A stretch of 51,638 bases of DNA from an uncultured Candidatus Saccharibacteria bacterium (GCA_964622275.1 CAZUMX010000003.1:1-51638); one strand, 5' to 3'. Positions 1 to 8,562 are shown, counted from the first letter of the stretch. Made by a program: numbers and translations. The notes: generated by a model not told the origin, from the sequence alone.

Positions 1-182
1 GTGGATTGAAACTGCAACATCGACTCCATAATATCGCTCTACAGAGCCATATTTTCGATTCTTGTCGAGTGTTGCTTTTTCTCTGGGGGAGAGTAGAGTG
101 TGTTCTATATCGTTCCTTTGTGTGTCGTATATTTATCCTTTTCTCGCACATCATTGCGAGTATTATTCACTGTATTCAGTTT

Positions 183-692
183 ATGAATAACAAAAAACAG
201 TTCTCTCGTGCTACTCGAGGTTTCACTCTTATTGAAATTCTCGTCGTTATCGGGATCATTGCGCTTCTTGCAACGATCGTTATAGTTGCTGTGAACCCCG
301 CAAAGCAATTTGCTCAAGCACGCAACTCACAGCGTACTTCAAATGTGAACGCCATTCTTAACGCAGTCGGTCAACGCATGGCTGACAATAAAGGCGTGTT
401 TGAAGGTACATTTACTATCGGCGGAAACACATATACATGTGGTCCCATTAATACTGCAACAACGACTGTCAATACAACTATGGCAGCAGATACAACAACC
501 CTAACAGGTGATCTTGGGTGTCTCACTCCAACGTATATTGCACAACTTCCAATTGATCCAACAAACCCAGCAGCACCTTCTACCGGATACTCCATTCATC
601 AGAATGCGATTAAACAGGTGACGGTGTGTGCTACTGCAGCAGCGGCTGAAACAGCTATTCCAAACGCTGGGAATATTTGCGTCACACGATAG
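183..692 (+). CDS. Type IV pilin-like protein (prepilin N-terminal cleavage/methylation domain)
   Basis: Lies inside ORF 6..692. The internal ATG at 183 gives MNNKKQFSRATRG|FTLIEILVVIGIIALLATIV, with G/F cleavage, Glu at +5 and a hydrophobic helix. The 59 codons upstream, starting from TTG at 6, look non-coding. Confidence 0.85.
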   Translation: MNNKKQFSRATRGFTLIEILVVIGIIALLATIVIVAVNPAKQFAQARNSQRTSNVNAILNAVGQRMADNKGVFEGTFTIGGNTYTCGPINTATTTVNTTMAADTTTLTGDLGCLTPTYIAQLPIDPTNPAAPSTGYSIHQNAIKQVTVCATAAAAETAIPNAGNICVTR

Positions 693-712
693 TAATACTG
701 ACAAGAAATAAT

Positions 713-745
713 AAAAAACTCCGCCTTGAGGGCGGAGTTTTTTAT
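713..745. terminator. Bidirectional rho-independent terminator
   Basis: Stem CTCCGCC (719-725) pairs with GGCGGAG (731-737). An A-run lies upstream and a T-run (738-744) downstream. It sits between the convergent pilin and DUF805 genes. Confidence 0.7.
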
Positions 746-758
746 TGGAAAGATATGT

Positions 759-1304
759 TTAAGTGTTAAGCACTGCTCTAAAGAACTCTCGCTTTGGATC
801 TGGTGCTTCACCATACATATTTGCTCCCGCATTTCCCTTGATCCAGCAGAGATACACCATTACGAGAAGGGAAAGGAGTCCCAAGAGTCCAACAAGTCCT
901 AGCATTCCTACGAATCCTGCAATCGAATTATTCATCATTGCCATACTACCACCACCAAGGACACCGAGCATTGGCGCAAAGAAGACGAGCGAATACCATC
1001 CAGATTTTCCAATGTCATGGAATCGGCGAATGGCCATGCCGATACCTAGTACGCTGAGTGCGAGACTGAGGATCGATCCAATGAGCGGAATATGTCCAAA
1101 AACATAGTTCCCGACAATAGATATCACAGCAAAATAAAAGTAATTGACGTTATCAATGCGACCCTGAAAGAGTTTTTCAATACTAAATCCTGCTGTCGCT
1201 GCCTTAGCACGATTTGCAACTTGTTGAAGGTCAGCTTGAGCGTTTTGTGTCGAACCCTGTTGGTTCGATTGTGCCTGGCCCTGAGTGTTTTCTTGTGAAT
1301 CCAT
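759..1304 (-). CDS. DUF805-family integral membrane protein with Q-rich N-terminus
   Basis: Has the RRFHDIGKSGWY motif typical of DUF805/YhaH-like proteins and several hydrophobic helices. ATG at 1304. Confidence 0.75.
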   Translation of the reverse strand: MDSQENTQGQAQSNQQGSTQNAQADLQQVANRAKAATAGFSIEKLFQGRIDNVNYFYFAVISIVGNYVFGHIPLIGSILSLALSVLGIGMAIRRFHDIGKSGWYSLVFFAPMLGVLGGGSMAMMNNSIAGFVGMLGLVGLLGLLSLLVMVYLCWIKGNAGANMYGEAPDPKREFFRAVLNT

Positions 1305-1379
1305 AGTGGGATATATATGAATAATGACAGGTATTATTATCGCTCTTTATAGAAGGATAATCAACCTCTCTGCAGCGAA

Positions 1380-2174
1380 CTACCCCTCGTTGAGTGTTGC
1401 GCGGGTTTTGGGTCCAAGTATGCCAATGGGGTCTATGCCTTTTGCTTTTTGAAACGCAACAAGAGCGCGCTTTGTCGCTGAGCCAAAATATCCTGTATTC
1501 GATGGATGTGTAAAAAAACCAAGAGAGCGGAGACGTTTTTGAAGTTCTTTTACTTCTTCTCCTTCAGAACCAAGAACAAGACGTTTTGTGAAAATAAACT
1601 TACTCACAAGAGGTTCCGGGGCCATAAGTGTTGTCGATGCCGAAGACAAAAAGCTGACGTAAGCAGACAAGAGACTCTCATAAGGGTTTATGAGCCCACT
1701 GGGCGAATACATTTCAAAGTGAAGATGTGCGCCCACGTCTTCAGCATTTCCACTATCTCCAACCCATCCAATGTGCTGTCCTCGTGCGACTCGAGCGCCC
1801 TCAGTAAGCCCTGGAGCATAAGCGTTAGCCACTCCTCCTGCGTTGTCGTCGGTTCCAGGGGTGTCATTATTGATATGAAGATATTTATACGTATATCCAT
1901 CATCGCTGGCGATAGAAATTTCGTATCCCCACGATGGTTCACTTTGGGGGAGATAGTGCACAATACCATCAGATACTGAAATGATCGGTGTCATTTTGGG
2001 AACAATGATATCAATCCCTTTATGTGCGTGCCCAGCACGAGGTTCCCCAAAGTCGTCTCGGAATTGAGAAATAATTTGAAGTGGAAATGTGATGTGATGT
2101 GTCTCTGCGTGAGCAACGATGGGAACAAACACCATGCTCAAAAAAGAAAAAAGTATTGAGGTGACAATCTTCAT
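1380..2174 (-). CDS. Secreted M23 (LytM-type) peptidase with C-terminal peptidoglycan-binding domain
   Basis: Signal peptide MKIVTSILFSFLSMVFVPIVAHA. M23 motifs HKGIDI and GAHLHFE. C-terminal PG_binding_1-like segment GEEVKELQKRLRSLGFF...GYFGSATKRALVAFQKAKG. Confidence 0.9.
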   Translation of the reverse strand: MKIVTSILFSFLSMVFVPIVAHAETHHITFPLQIISQFRDDFGEPRAGHAHKGIDIIVPKMTPIISVSDGIVHYLPQSEPSWGYEISIASDDGYTYKYLHINNDTPGTDDNAGGVANAYAPGLTEGARVARGQHIGWVGDSGNAEDVGAHLHFEMYSPSGLINPYESLLSAYVSFLSSASTTLMAPEPLVSKFIFTKRLVLGSEGEEVKELQKRLRSLGFFTHPSNTGYFGSATKRALVAFQKAKGIDPIGILGPKTRATLNEG

Positions 2175-2199
2175 AGATATGTTGTGTGTTGGGAGCTTT

Positions 2200-2637
2200 C
2201 TAGAGTATGTCCTCTGGAGGGGATTTCGTCACATATGAGCAGGACGTGCAGCGACATCGACCCCTTGAGAGATGTTCTTTCCAATATTCCTCACCATAAT
2301 CGTAGGTGATTTCTTCTCCTCTGCGTATCTTCCTCCGAGAACGAATCCATGCGCGTTTTGCATATGTATATGCTTCTGCGTTAGGTCGACATGAGTGGTT
2401 AATGTACCGTGCTGTGTTCCACCTTGGAGCTCCATCAATATCCATATGACGATCAATCTCAAAAATATACCGATCGCTCTTTTTGTCATCTGGTTCATCA
2501 ATCATGACACGACCAACATACTCAATAATTTTTATCCCTTTTGGGATTTCTTCTTCAGCATAGAGCCCGAGGCCTGTTCGTGAGCGTTTGACCTTTACTC
2601 GGAAGAGCGGTGGGCTTGCACGTCGTTCAGAAATCAT
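2200..2637 (-). CDS. SET-domain protein (putative protein-lysine methyltransferase)
   Basis: SET signatures RYINHSCRPNAE and GEEITYDYG, followed by a Cys-rich post-SET-like CRCTSCS. Lies 25 nt upstream of the M23 gene on the same strand. Confidence 0.85.
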   Translation of the reverse strand: MISERRASPPLFRVKVKRSRTGLGLYAEEEIPKGIKIIEYVGRVMIDEPDDKKSDRYIFEIDRHMDIDGAPRWNTARYINHSCRPNAEAYTYAKRAWIRSRRKIRRGEEITYDYGEEYWKEHLSRGRCRCTSCSYVTKSPPEDIL

Positions 2638-2734
2638 GCGCGCTATTATGCACGATATTCACGAAATTGTTGAGTGTCGTTCACGTAGAAAATTATTCGG
2701 AGAGAATGCATTTGTGTGTTAACATAGGCACCCT

Positions 2735-4153
2735 ATGGCTTATATCAAAAAGACAAAAATTGTTGCGACCATCGGCCCAGCTTCTGAGCATCGTCAGACT
2801 CTTAGGGCAATGCTTCGTGCAGGAATGAATGTTGTCAGAGTGAACTGCGCTCACGGGGATCATGCTGAATGGGGAAGACGCATCGAAACAGTGAGAGAAG
2901 CTGCTCGCCAAGAGAAGAGCAATGTTGCCATACTCCTAGATTTGTCAGGGCCAAAGATTCGCACGGGAGATTTTGAAACTGAAACAGTGACCCTTAAAAA
3001 AGGACAATCTTTTGTTTTTACAACTCAAAAAGGAAAAGGCGATCAGCATCATGTGTGGGTGAACTATATAAAATTTCCAAAAGAAGTTCGCCCAGAGATG
3101 GATATCATGCTTGATGATGGAAAACTTGTCTTTCGAGTTGAAAAGACAACACGGAACGCCGTACACACACGCGTCATCATTGGTGGGACCATTCGCGGGC
3201 GTCGTGGAGTAAATGTTCCTCATGCACATCTCTCCATCTCGACCATTACCGCTAAAGACAAAAAAGATATTGCGTTTGGTATCCGCGCTGGCGTCGATCT
3301 TTTTGCACTATCGTTTGTTCGTCACGAAAAAGACATCATATCGCTACGACGCATGTTGCGTGAGAGGCATACACTCGCAGGAATAGTCGCAAAAATCGAG
3401 ACACGTGGTGCGATGGAGCGACTCTCTGAAATCGTAAAGGTGAGCGACGCAGTGATGGTGGCGCGTGGAGATCTTGCAGTGGAAATTCCCAAAGAAGAAG
3501 TTCCACTTGCACAAAAGCAGATCATTCGTGCCGCAGGAGATGCTGGGAAAATCGTGATTACCGCCACGCAAATGCTTGATTCGATGACCACACAATCCAC
3601 TCCTACGCGTGCTGAGGTCGGAGATGTTGCAAATGCAATCTTTGACGGGACCGACGCTGTCATGTTGTCCCAAGAATCTGCGATGGGCGTCGACCCTGTC
3701 CATGTGGTCAACACCATGGCATTAATTGCCGAGCGAACAGAACAAAGTGGGCTATACCACCAGAGTGTTCAACGATTTTCCCATGTCGAAGGAATTGTCG
3801 ACACGGTTTCGTCTGCTGTTGCACGTGCTGTTGGGTTGTCGGGAGCAGTAGCTATTGTCGCACTATCAGAATCCGGATTCACCCCAGGGATGATTGCGCG
3901 CCATAAGCCAATTGTCCCAGTACTCGCACTCACTCCTCGCGAGAATACACACAGAAAGCTTTCACTCACATACGGGGTCACGTCACACATGATTCAGCCA
4001 GTAGAAGACATGCACGCTGCATTGCGCATCGCACGTCAGGAACTTTTACGTACCAAGATGGCAAAGAAAGGAGATACGTTCATTCTCGTGTGTGGAATGC
4101 CGTTTGGAAATACAGGCGGGACAAATACGATGGTGATAGAGAAGGTCAGCTAA
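2735..4153 (+). CDS. pyk: Pyruvate kinase
   Basis: N-terminal KTKIVATIGPAS, the MVARGDLAVEIP motif and full length (472 aa). Confidence 0.95.
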   Translation: MAYIKKTKIVATIGPASEHRQTLRAMLRAGMNVVRVNCAHGDHAEWGRRIETVREAARQEKSNVAILLDLSGPKIRTGDFETETVTLKKGQSFVFTTQKGKGDQHHVWVNYIKFPKEVRPEMDIMLDDGKLVFRVEKTTRNAVHTRVIIGGTIRGRRGVNVPHAHLSISTITAKDKKDIAFGIRAGVDLFALSFVRHEKDIISLRRMLRERHTLAGIVAKIETRGAMERLSEIVKVSDAVMVARGDLAVEIPKEEVPLAQKQIIRAAGDAGKIVITATQMLDSMTTQSTPTRAEVGDVANAIFDGTDAVMLSQESAMGVDPVHVVNTMALIAERTEQSGLYHQSVQRFSHVEGIVDTVSSAVARAVGLSGAVAIVALSESGFTPGMIARHKPIVPVLALTPRENTHRKLSLTYGVTSHMIQPVEDMHAALRIARQELLRTKMAKKGDTFILVCGMPFGNTGGTNTMVIEKVS

Positions 4154-4159
4154 TTAACC

Positions 4160-4555
4160 CTAGGGAGTTGTTTTTCCATCAAAATGTTCTTCGTCGTGCT
4201 CTGCCTCTGATTTTGTCTTGTGAATTGTTCCGTCTTTGTGGTGAGGTGGGACGTAGATGGTATAGAGCTTCATTGGTCCTGTTGATGCATTAATGATGTT
4301 GTGTTTCGCCCCCATAGGAACAACGACGACACTGCCATCTTCGATCTTGCATGACTCTCCGTTGATAATGGCGGTCCCAGATCCTTGTTCTATACGGATA
4401 AATTGGTCGACATCTTCATGGACTTCCTCACCGATGTCTTCTCCTGGAAGAAGTGACATAACGACAATCTGGAGGTGATTGTTGGTATAAAGGACTTGGC
4501 GAAAATACGCATTCTGGAGAGCAAGCTTTTCAATATTTTTTACGTAGGCTTTCAT
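4160..4555 (-). CDS. Cupin-domain protein
   Basis: Internal ATG at 4555 (MKAYVKNIEKL...). Cupin-like GEEVHEDVDQFIRIEQG ... VVVVPMGAKHNIIN. Lies downstream of the MFS gene on the same strand. Confidence 0.7.
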   Translation of the reverse strand: MKAYVKNIEKLALQNAYFRQVLYTNNHLQIVVMSLLPGEDIGEEVHEDVDQFIRIEQGSGTAIINGESCKIEDGSVVVVPMGAKHNIINASTGPMKLYTIYVPPHHKDGTIHKTKSEAEHDEEHFDGKTTP

Positions 4556-4609
4556 ATACCCTACTATACCTACGCATCTCCAAAAAAGTGACATTTTGCG
4601 TCTCTATAT

Positions 4610-5821
4610 TTATGAGTGTTTATGTGAGCGCATGACGTATGCTGCGATAAAGACGAGCAGTGCCCCAACAAGAAATGTTCCTGTAAGACCCAATACTCCT
4701 GATACCACTCCAGCTGCGAGTGGTGCCAGTGCATTACTGAGTGCTTGAAGTGACCCATTGATGCCCAGTGCTGCCCCTTGGCGTTCGCTCGAAACCCCTT
4801 TTGAAATAATCGCAGGAAGAGCAGTAGAAATAATACTCATACTGCCTGCCATGAGTGGCATCGTTGCGTAGAGGTATGCCTCATGTGGAACAAGGCCCTG
4901 GAGAGCGATGCTTACACCAAGCACGGGGAATGCCCAGAGCAATAATGTCCGTTCGTTGTATCGAGAAGATACTATGCGTACGATCACGGTCTGGCCGAAG
5001 ATAATCCATACACCCACAAGTGCAAAGTAAATCCCCGTTGAGGTTTCTGAGAATCCAAATCGTTCAGCAAGATAGATTGAACTAAATGAGGTAAAAAAGG
5101 CGAATCCAAGCATTGAAAGGAATGATGCTCCGTATGCGGGCTTCACATCACGATCTGTCATCGCTTGGCGGATATTGTGAAATGCTTTGAAGAGTGGGAT
5201 TGCTCCTTTGTGTTCTTTTGCGACGTGCGTCTCAGGGAAACGGAAAAAGAGGAGCGAGAGATTGATGATGCCAAGAATTCCCGCACACAAAAATGGTGCT
5301 GAGGGGACGCCAGTAGTTCCGGCGATCCATCCGCCCAAGAGGGGTCCAAGAATAAATCCGATCCCGAACGCTGCGCCGATCATTCCAAAATTTTTTGCTC
5401 GATCTTTTGGCTCTGTCACGTCAGCGACTGCCGCCTGTGCGATCGAAAAATTCGCTCCGGCAATGCCAGCGACCATTCGTGAAATAAGAATTAAAAGAAT
5501 AGAACGAATTTCGATTCCAAACGCAAAGACGAGGTTGGATATAGCTAAAGTTCCCACACCAAGCGCCAGCAATTTTTTTCTGCCATAGAGATCAGAGAGC
5601 TCACCAAGGATAGGCGATGCGAGGAATTGCATAAGCCCAAAGAGTGCGGTGATGAGTCCCGCAATGATGTATCGTGCATGCTCACTGTATGAAGCAAGGA
5701 GAAAAGACGAGGATGTGGGGTCTGTAAAGAGGGAGGGAATGACAGGGATCAGCATTCCCACTCCAATCATGTCAAGAAGGAGTGTGAAAAAGAGGACTGG
5801 GAGTATCGATTTTTTATGCAT
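4610..5821 (-). CDS. MFS transporter (drug:H+ antiporter/Tet-like)
   Basis: Start taken at ATG 5821 (MHKKSILPVLFF...). MFS motif A GELSDLYGRKKLL and about 12 hydrophobic segments. Confidence 0.85.
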   Translation of the reverse strand: MHKKSILPVLFFTLLLDMIGVGMLIPVIPSLFTDPTSSSFLLASYSEHARYIIAGLITALFGLMQFLASPILGELSDLYGRKKLLALGVGTLAISNLVFAFGIEIRSILLILISRMVAGIAGANFSIAQAAVADVTEPKDRAKNFGMIGAAFGIGFILGPLLGGWIAGTTGVPSAPFLCAGILGIINLSLLFFRFPETHVAKEHKGAIPLFKAFHNIRQAMTDRDVKPAYGASFLSMLGFAFFTSFSSIYLAERFGFSETSTGIYFALVGVWIIFGQTVIVRIVSSRYNERTLLLWAFPVLGVSIALQGLVPHEAYLYATMPLMAGSMSIISTALPAIISKGVSSERQGAALGINGSLQALSNALAPLAAGVVSGVLGLTGTFLVGALLVFIAAYVMRSHKHS

Positions 5822-5878
5822 CCGGGGAGTATAGCAGATATGGTGAATATTTTTGATCTTCTGTGTACAATGTGCAAA

Positions 5879-6130
5879 ATGACTAAAGAGCACGCCAAAG
5901 AGAAACCCATTCACCGATTGCCAGAAGATTTTCGAAAGGCAATTTTTTCACACCAGGCCGTTGCGTCACTCTGGGAGGACATTACGCCACTCGCACGCAA
6001 TGAATGGATCTGTTGGGTGACCTCTGCAAAAAAAGATGATACCCGCGCCAAACGCATTGTTGTCGGTTTGGATAAGATGAAGAAGGGAATGCGCCGTCCA
6101 TGCTGTTGGGCAGGCTGCCCGCATCGGTGA
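5879..6130 (+). CDS. YdeI/OmpD-associated (OmdA) family small protein
   Basis: LPEDFRKAI...LARNEWICWVTSAKKDDTRAKRI...RRPCCWAGCPHR matches the family signature as I remember it. The start is uncertain (ATG 5870 or 5879). Confidence 0.65.
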   Translation: MTKEHAKEKPIHRLPEDFRKAIFSHQAVASLWEDITPLARNEWICWVTSAKKDDTRAKRIVVGLDKMKKGMRRPCCWAGCPHR

Positions 6131-6186
6131 GGGGGTTTTATGCTTGGAAACTCCGCAGGTAAGTAAGTTTGCCTGCGTTCATTTTC

Positions 6187-6213
6187 TCAAAAAAGAAAAG
6201 CCCTATGAAGGGC
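6187..6213 (-). terminator. Rho-independent terminator after the tRNA-like inverted-repeat element
   Basis: On the minus strand, GCCCT-tcat-AGGGC is followed by TTTTCTTTTTT. Confidence 0.55.
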
Positions 6214-6230
6214 ATGTCTTCTTGCTCAAA

Positions 6231-6384
6231 AACTCCGCAGGTAGGATTCGACTACAAGTTCCGCCTCGCCAGTCGCTTCGGTGGACTCGCAGCCCACCCC
6301 TCGCGGTTTCGCGTGCTCGCGAAACATCGCTGCGGTCTTCGAATCCTACCCGAGAAGCACTCAAGCGCTTCTCTCTGCGGAGTT
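6231..6384 (-). repeat. 154-nt nested inverted repeat built from the tRNA-Asn 3' end (candidate structured RNA)
   Basis: 6231-6251 is identical to 6428-6448 of the tRNA gene. Its complement occurs at 6339-6350 plus 6375-6384, split by a 24-nt hairpin (6352-6373). Inner stems are 6288-6293/6329-6334 and 6306-6313/6318-6325. Confidence 0.6.
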
Positions 6385-6413
6385 CAAAAAACTAAAGACC
6401 CCATAAATGGGGC
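6385..6413 (-). terminator. Terminator after tRNA-Asn
   Basis: On the minus strand, a CCCCA-ttta-TGGGG hairpin is followed by TCTTTAGTTTTTT. The stem is short. Confidence 0.5.
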
Positions 6414-6429
6414 CTAAAGTTTTTGCGAA

Positions 6430-6501
6430 CTCCGCAGGTAGGATTCGAACCTACAACCAATACGTTAACAGCGTACTGCTCTACCATTGAGCTACTGCGG
6501 A
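6430..6501 (-). tRNA. tRNA-Asn (anticodon GTT), no encoded CCA
   Basis: Hand-folded 72-nt cloverleaf. Acceptor TCCGCAG/CTGCGGA, D arm GCTC-AATGGTA-GAGC, anticodon arm GTACG-CTGTTAA-CGTAT, T arm GTAGG-TTCGAAT-CCTAC, discriminator G. Confidence 0.9.
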
Positions 6502-6530
6502 ATACATTCCTTTACTAAAGGAATGATGGG

Positions 6531-6558
6531 ATTCTAGCAAAAAATTCTCGCTTCGCAA
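6531..6558 (-). promoter_or_regulatory. Sigma70-like promoter for tRNA-Asn
   Basis: Minus strand reads TTGCGA-N16-(TGc)TAGAAT. The predicted leader contains a 9-bp hairpin (6505-6525) just 5' of the tRNA. Confidence 0.5.
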
Positions 6559-6643
6559 TAGTGAAGTCCCATGGAGGTACTTGACTTCTTTTTTAGATAT
6601 AGCAGTATCATTTCTGTCATTCACCAAAACCCTCGGAGGAAGA

Positions 6644-6814
6644 ATGAAGGGGAAACGACGAAACCACAAGAAGTACAGAAAGGCGGTGCGCGAATTCGAC
6701 CGCAAGCTGAAGCTTCGAGAAGAGAGAGAACATCAGCAGAATTTGAGGGCACTGGCTTATCCGATCGACTCCAATCGCCCGACATGGGAGCAATTGAGTC
6801 CAGGGGCATCATGA
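6644..6814 (+). CDS. Small basic hypothetical protein (56 aa)
   Basis: GGAGG at 6635-6639 precedes ATG 6644 (MKGKRRNHKKYRKAVREFDRKLKLREE...). A strong terminator follows. Confidence 0.5.
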   Translation: MKGKRRNHKKYRKAVREFDRKLKLREEREHQQNLRALAYPIDSNRPTWEQLSPGAS

Positions 6815-6834
6815 TCGTCTAAGGCTTTCATTCA

Positions 6835-6874
6835 GCTCTCCTTGTCCACTGAGACAAGGAGAGCTTTTCTTTTT
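6835..6874 (+). terminator. Rho-independent terminator
   Basis: 12-bp stem GCTCTCCTTGTC/GACAAGGAGAGC with loop cactga, followed by TTTTCTTTTT. Confidence 0.85.
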
Positions 6875-6960
6875 AAATAGGGTTATTATTAGTGATGGGT
6901 GGGGATAGGGATCCTCGCTCAACTTGTGGAGTCTTTATATACTTAATGGAGTAATATCAT

Positions 6961-7323
6961 ATGATGAAATATACACTGCAAGCGACAAAGATTGAGCACA
7001 CACCAGCTATTACTTCCTATATTGAAAAGAAATTAAAAGAGCTTGAGCGCGTCCTAGACACAAAAGATACGAGTATCCGCGCAACTCTTGAGGTAGGGAA
7101 GCTGACTCGCCACCACAAATCCGGAGATGTCTTCTTTGCTGAAATTAATCTTCATGCCATGCGCAAAAAGTGGCGTGCGGTTGAAGAGGCCGACGACCTT
7201 TATGCAGCGATCGATGCGATGAAAGATGCCATCACTCGTGAAGTAACCTCTGCAGAAAAGAAGGCTCGGGTGCAAAAACGCAAAGGGGCGCGTAAAGTAA
7301 AGTCGCAGATGCGAGGAGCATAA
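6961..7323 (+). CDS. hpf: Ribosome hibernation promoting factor / RaiA family
   Basis: Family-like N-terminus (IEHTPAITSYIEKKLKELERVL), the DLYAAIDAMKDAI motif and a basic tail. Confidence 0.8.
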   Translation: MMKYTLQATKIEHTPAITSYIEKKLKELERVLDTKDTSIRATLEVGKLTRHHKSGDVFFAEINLHAMRKKWRAVEEADDLYAAIDAMKDAITREVTSAEKKARVQKRKGARKVKSQMRGA

Positions 7324-7366
7324 GACAGAAATATCACTTTATTCATTTTTAGTTCTTTCATCACTC

Positions 7367-8014
7367 ATGACCCCAAAAGGTATCAGCACAAATCAAATTA
7401 TTTATTGGGGGCTATTTATTCTTATCGCAATCACTGCAACGCAACTTTTGCTCTCATTTATTTCTATTTCTTCCAACGAGAGTAATGTGTTTGTGACACA
7501 GACTGCAATCGAGCGGACCGCACAAAAGCGTACGGGGGTTACCATCCAGACCACGATGGGCGACATTCGCATCAAGCTCTTGACGAAGGTTGCACCAACG
7601 ACAGTGAATAATTTTGTGGCATTTGTCCAAAGCGATTTTTATGTTGGAACAAAAATTCACCGTGTCGCAAAAGATCTGCTTATTGAAGGAGGCGATCCTC
7701 TCTCGAGAGAAGATGAAAAATCTCTTTATGGTACAGGTGGACCAGGTTTCGTCTATCAAGATGAAATTGTTGGGTTGCCAATGGAACGTGGAGTTGTTGC
7801 GATGGCAAATCGTGGAAAGCCTAATACAAACGGAAGCCAGTTTTTCATTGTGGTAAACACCGAAAACGCAAAGGTGCTTGGCAACAAATATACGATTTTT
7901 GGTGAAGTTGAATCTGGAATGGATGTTGTTGATGCAATTGCTGGTGTGTCTACAGACATTGACGGCATCCCCCTTGAGGACATTATTGTAAAGCGTGTCG
8001 TCACTGGGCAATAA
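7367..8014 (+). CDS. Membrane-anchored cyclophilin-type peptidyl-prolyl isomerase
   Basis: N-terminal TM helix followed by a cyclophilin core (APTTVNNFV...FHRV-like IHRV...GVVAMANRGKPNTNGSQFFIV...IFGEV). Confidence 0.9.
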   Translation: MTPKGISTNQIIYWGLFILIAITATQLLLSFISISSNESNVFVTQTAIERTAQKRTGVTIQTTMGDIRIKLLTKVAPTTVNNFVAFVQSDFYVGTKIHRVAKDLLIEGGDPLSREDEKSLYGTGGPGFVYQDEIVGLPMERGVVAMANRGKPNTNGSQFFIVVNTENAKVLGNKYTIFGEVESGMDVVDAIAGVSTDIDGIPLEDIIVKRVVTGQ

Positions 8015-8052
8015 AAAAAGCCGCACAATAAAATAAGCTTCGTTGTGCGGCT
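8013..8052. terminator. Bidirectional terminator
   Basis: Stem GCCGCACAA (8020-8028) pairs with TTGTGCGGC (8043-8051). The A7 run upstream gives a T-run on the minus strand, serving gene 8058..8495. Confidence 0.7.
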
Positions 8053-8057
8053 ATACG

Positions 8058-8495
8058 TTATTTGCTTTCTGTGAGAAGCACGGGCCAGTCAATGAGAAAG
8101 TTGTATCTTCTCATATACGCAAACACTTGTTTCTTTTCCCTCGACGACCACACCCATATCGCACGCCTGTCTACAAGCACTCGTTCGACAAGCTCTTGCA
8201 GTGCTATGACACGATCTGTAAGTCTGTATTGCAGACAGAGGTTGCGTGCACCCCACACCTGAAGGGAGATGACTTCGTCTATCCGCAGGATGCTTCTCCA
8301 CCACGATGGGTAAGCTGTGAATCCTATGTCGAGGATGGCTCCTTTTGCAGCTCCTTTGATGCGGATTGATTTGTCTCTAGACTGCGAAATCAACAGATCG
8401 AGGTGAGGGTTGTAGTAGATGTGCGGTTTGAAGGGAGGTGCTTCCCGAAGAAGCTCTGTAAGACCCAATGGTCGAAACTCTTCTTTGGTTTCCAC
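8058..8495 (-). CDS. Hypothetical protein (145 aa)
   Basis: GTG start at 8495, preceded by AAGGAG 7 nt upstream on the minus strand. The terminator lies directly downstream. I recognise no motif. Confidence 0.6.
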   Translation of the reverse strand: METKEEFRPLGLTELLREAPPFKPHIYYNPHLDLLISQSRDKSIRIKGAAKGAILDIGFTAYPSWWRSILRIDEVISLQVWGARNLCLQYRLTDRVIALQELVERVLVDRRAIWVWSSREKKQVFAYMRRYNFLIDWPVLLTESK

Positions 8496-8562
8496 GACAC
8501 GTCTCCTTTTTCTTGAGAGGAACTATCTAGATCCAGAAGTTGATCATACTACACATGCAGAA

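Noticed and set aside
6-182. An N-terminal 59-codon extension of the pilin ORF from TTG at 6.
   Set aside because: A class III signal peptide must be short. The conserved G|FTLIE site lies 13 residues after ATG 183, and the upstream translation (Cys/His/Phe-rich) looks non-coding.
6231-6384. The inverted-repeat element as a tmRNA, an SRP RNA or an intron-containing second tRNA.
   Set aside because: It has no self-contained T-arm hairpin, because the TTCGAAT segment pairs with a distant complement instead. It has no D or anticodon arm of tRNA dimensions. I could not find an SRP domain-IV-like GGAA/AGCA motif pair. It is also too short for tmRNA or a group I intron. I cannot exclude another RNA class.
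6144-6417. Two overlapping 82-83-aa plus-strand ORFs across the tRNA-like repeat region.
   Set aside because: They run straight through hairpins, inverted repeats and two terminators. They are Arg/Ser/Leu-rich, as expected for translated structured RNA or palindromic DNA, and neither has an SD.
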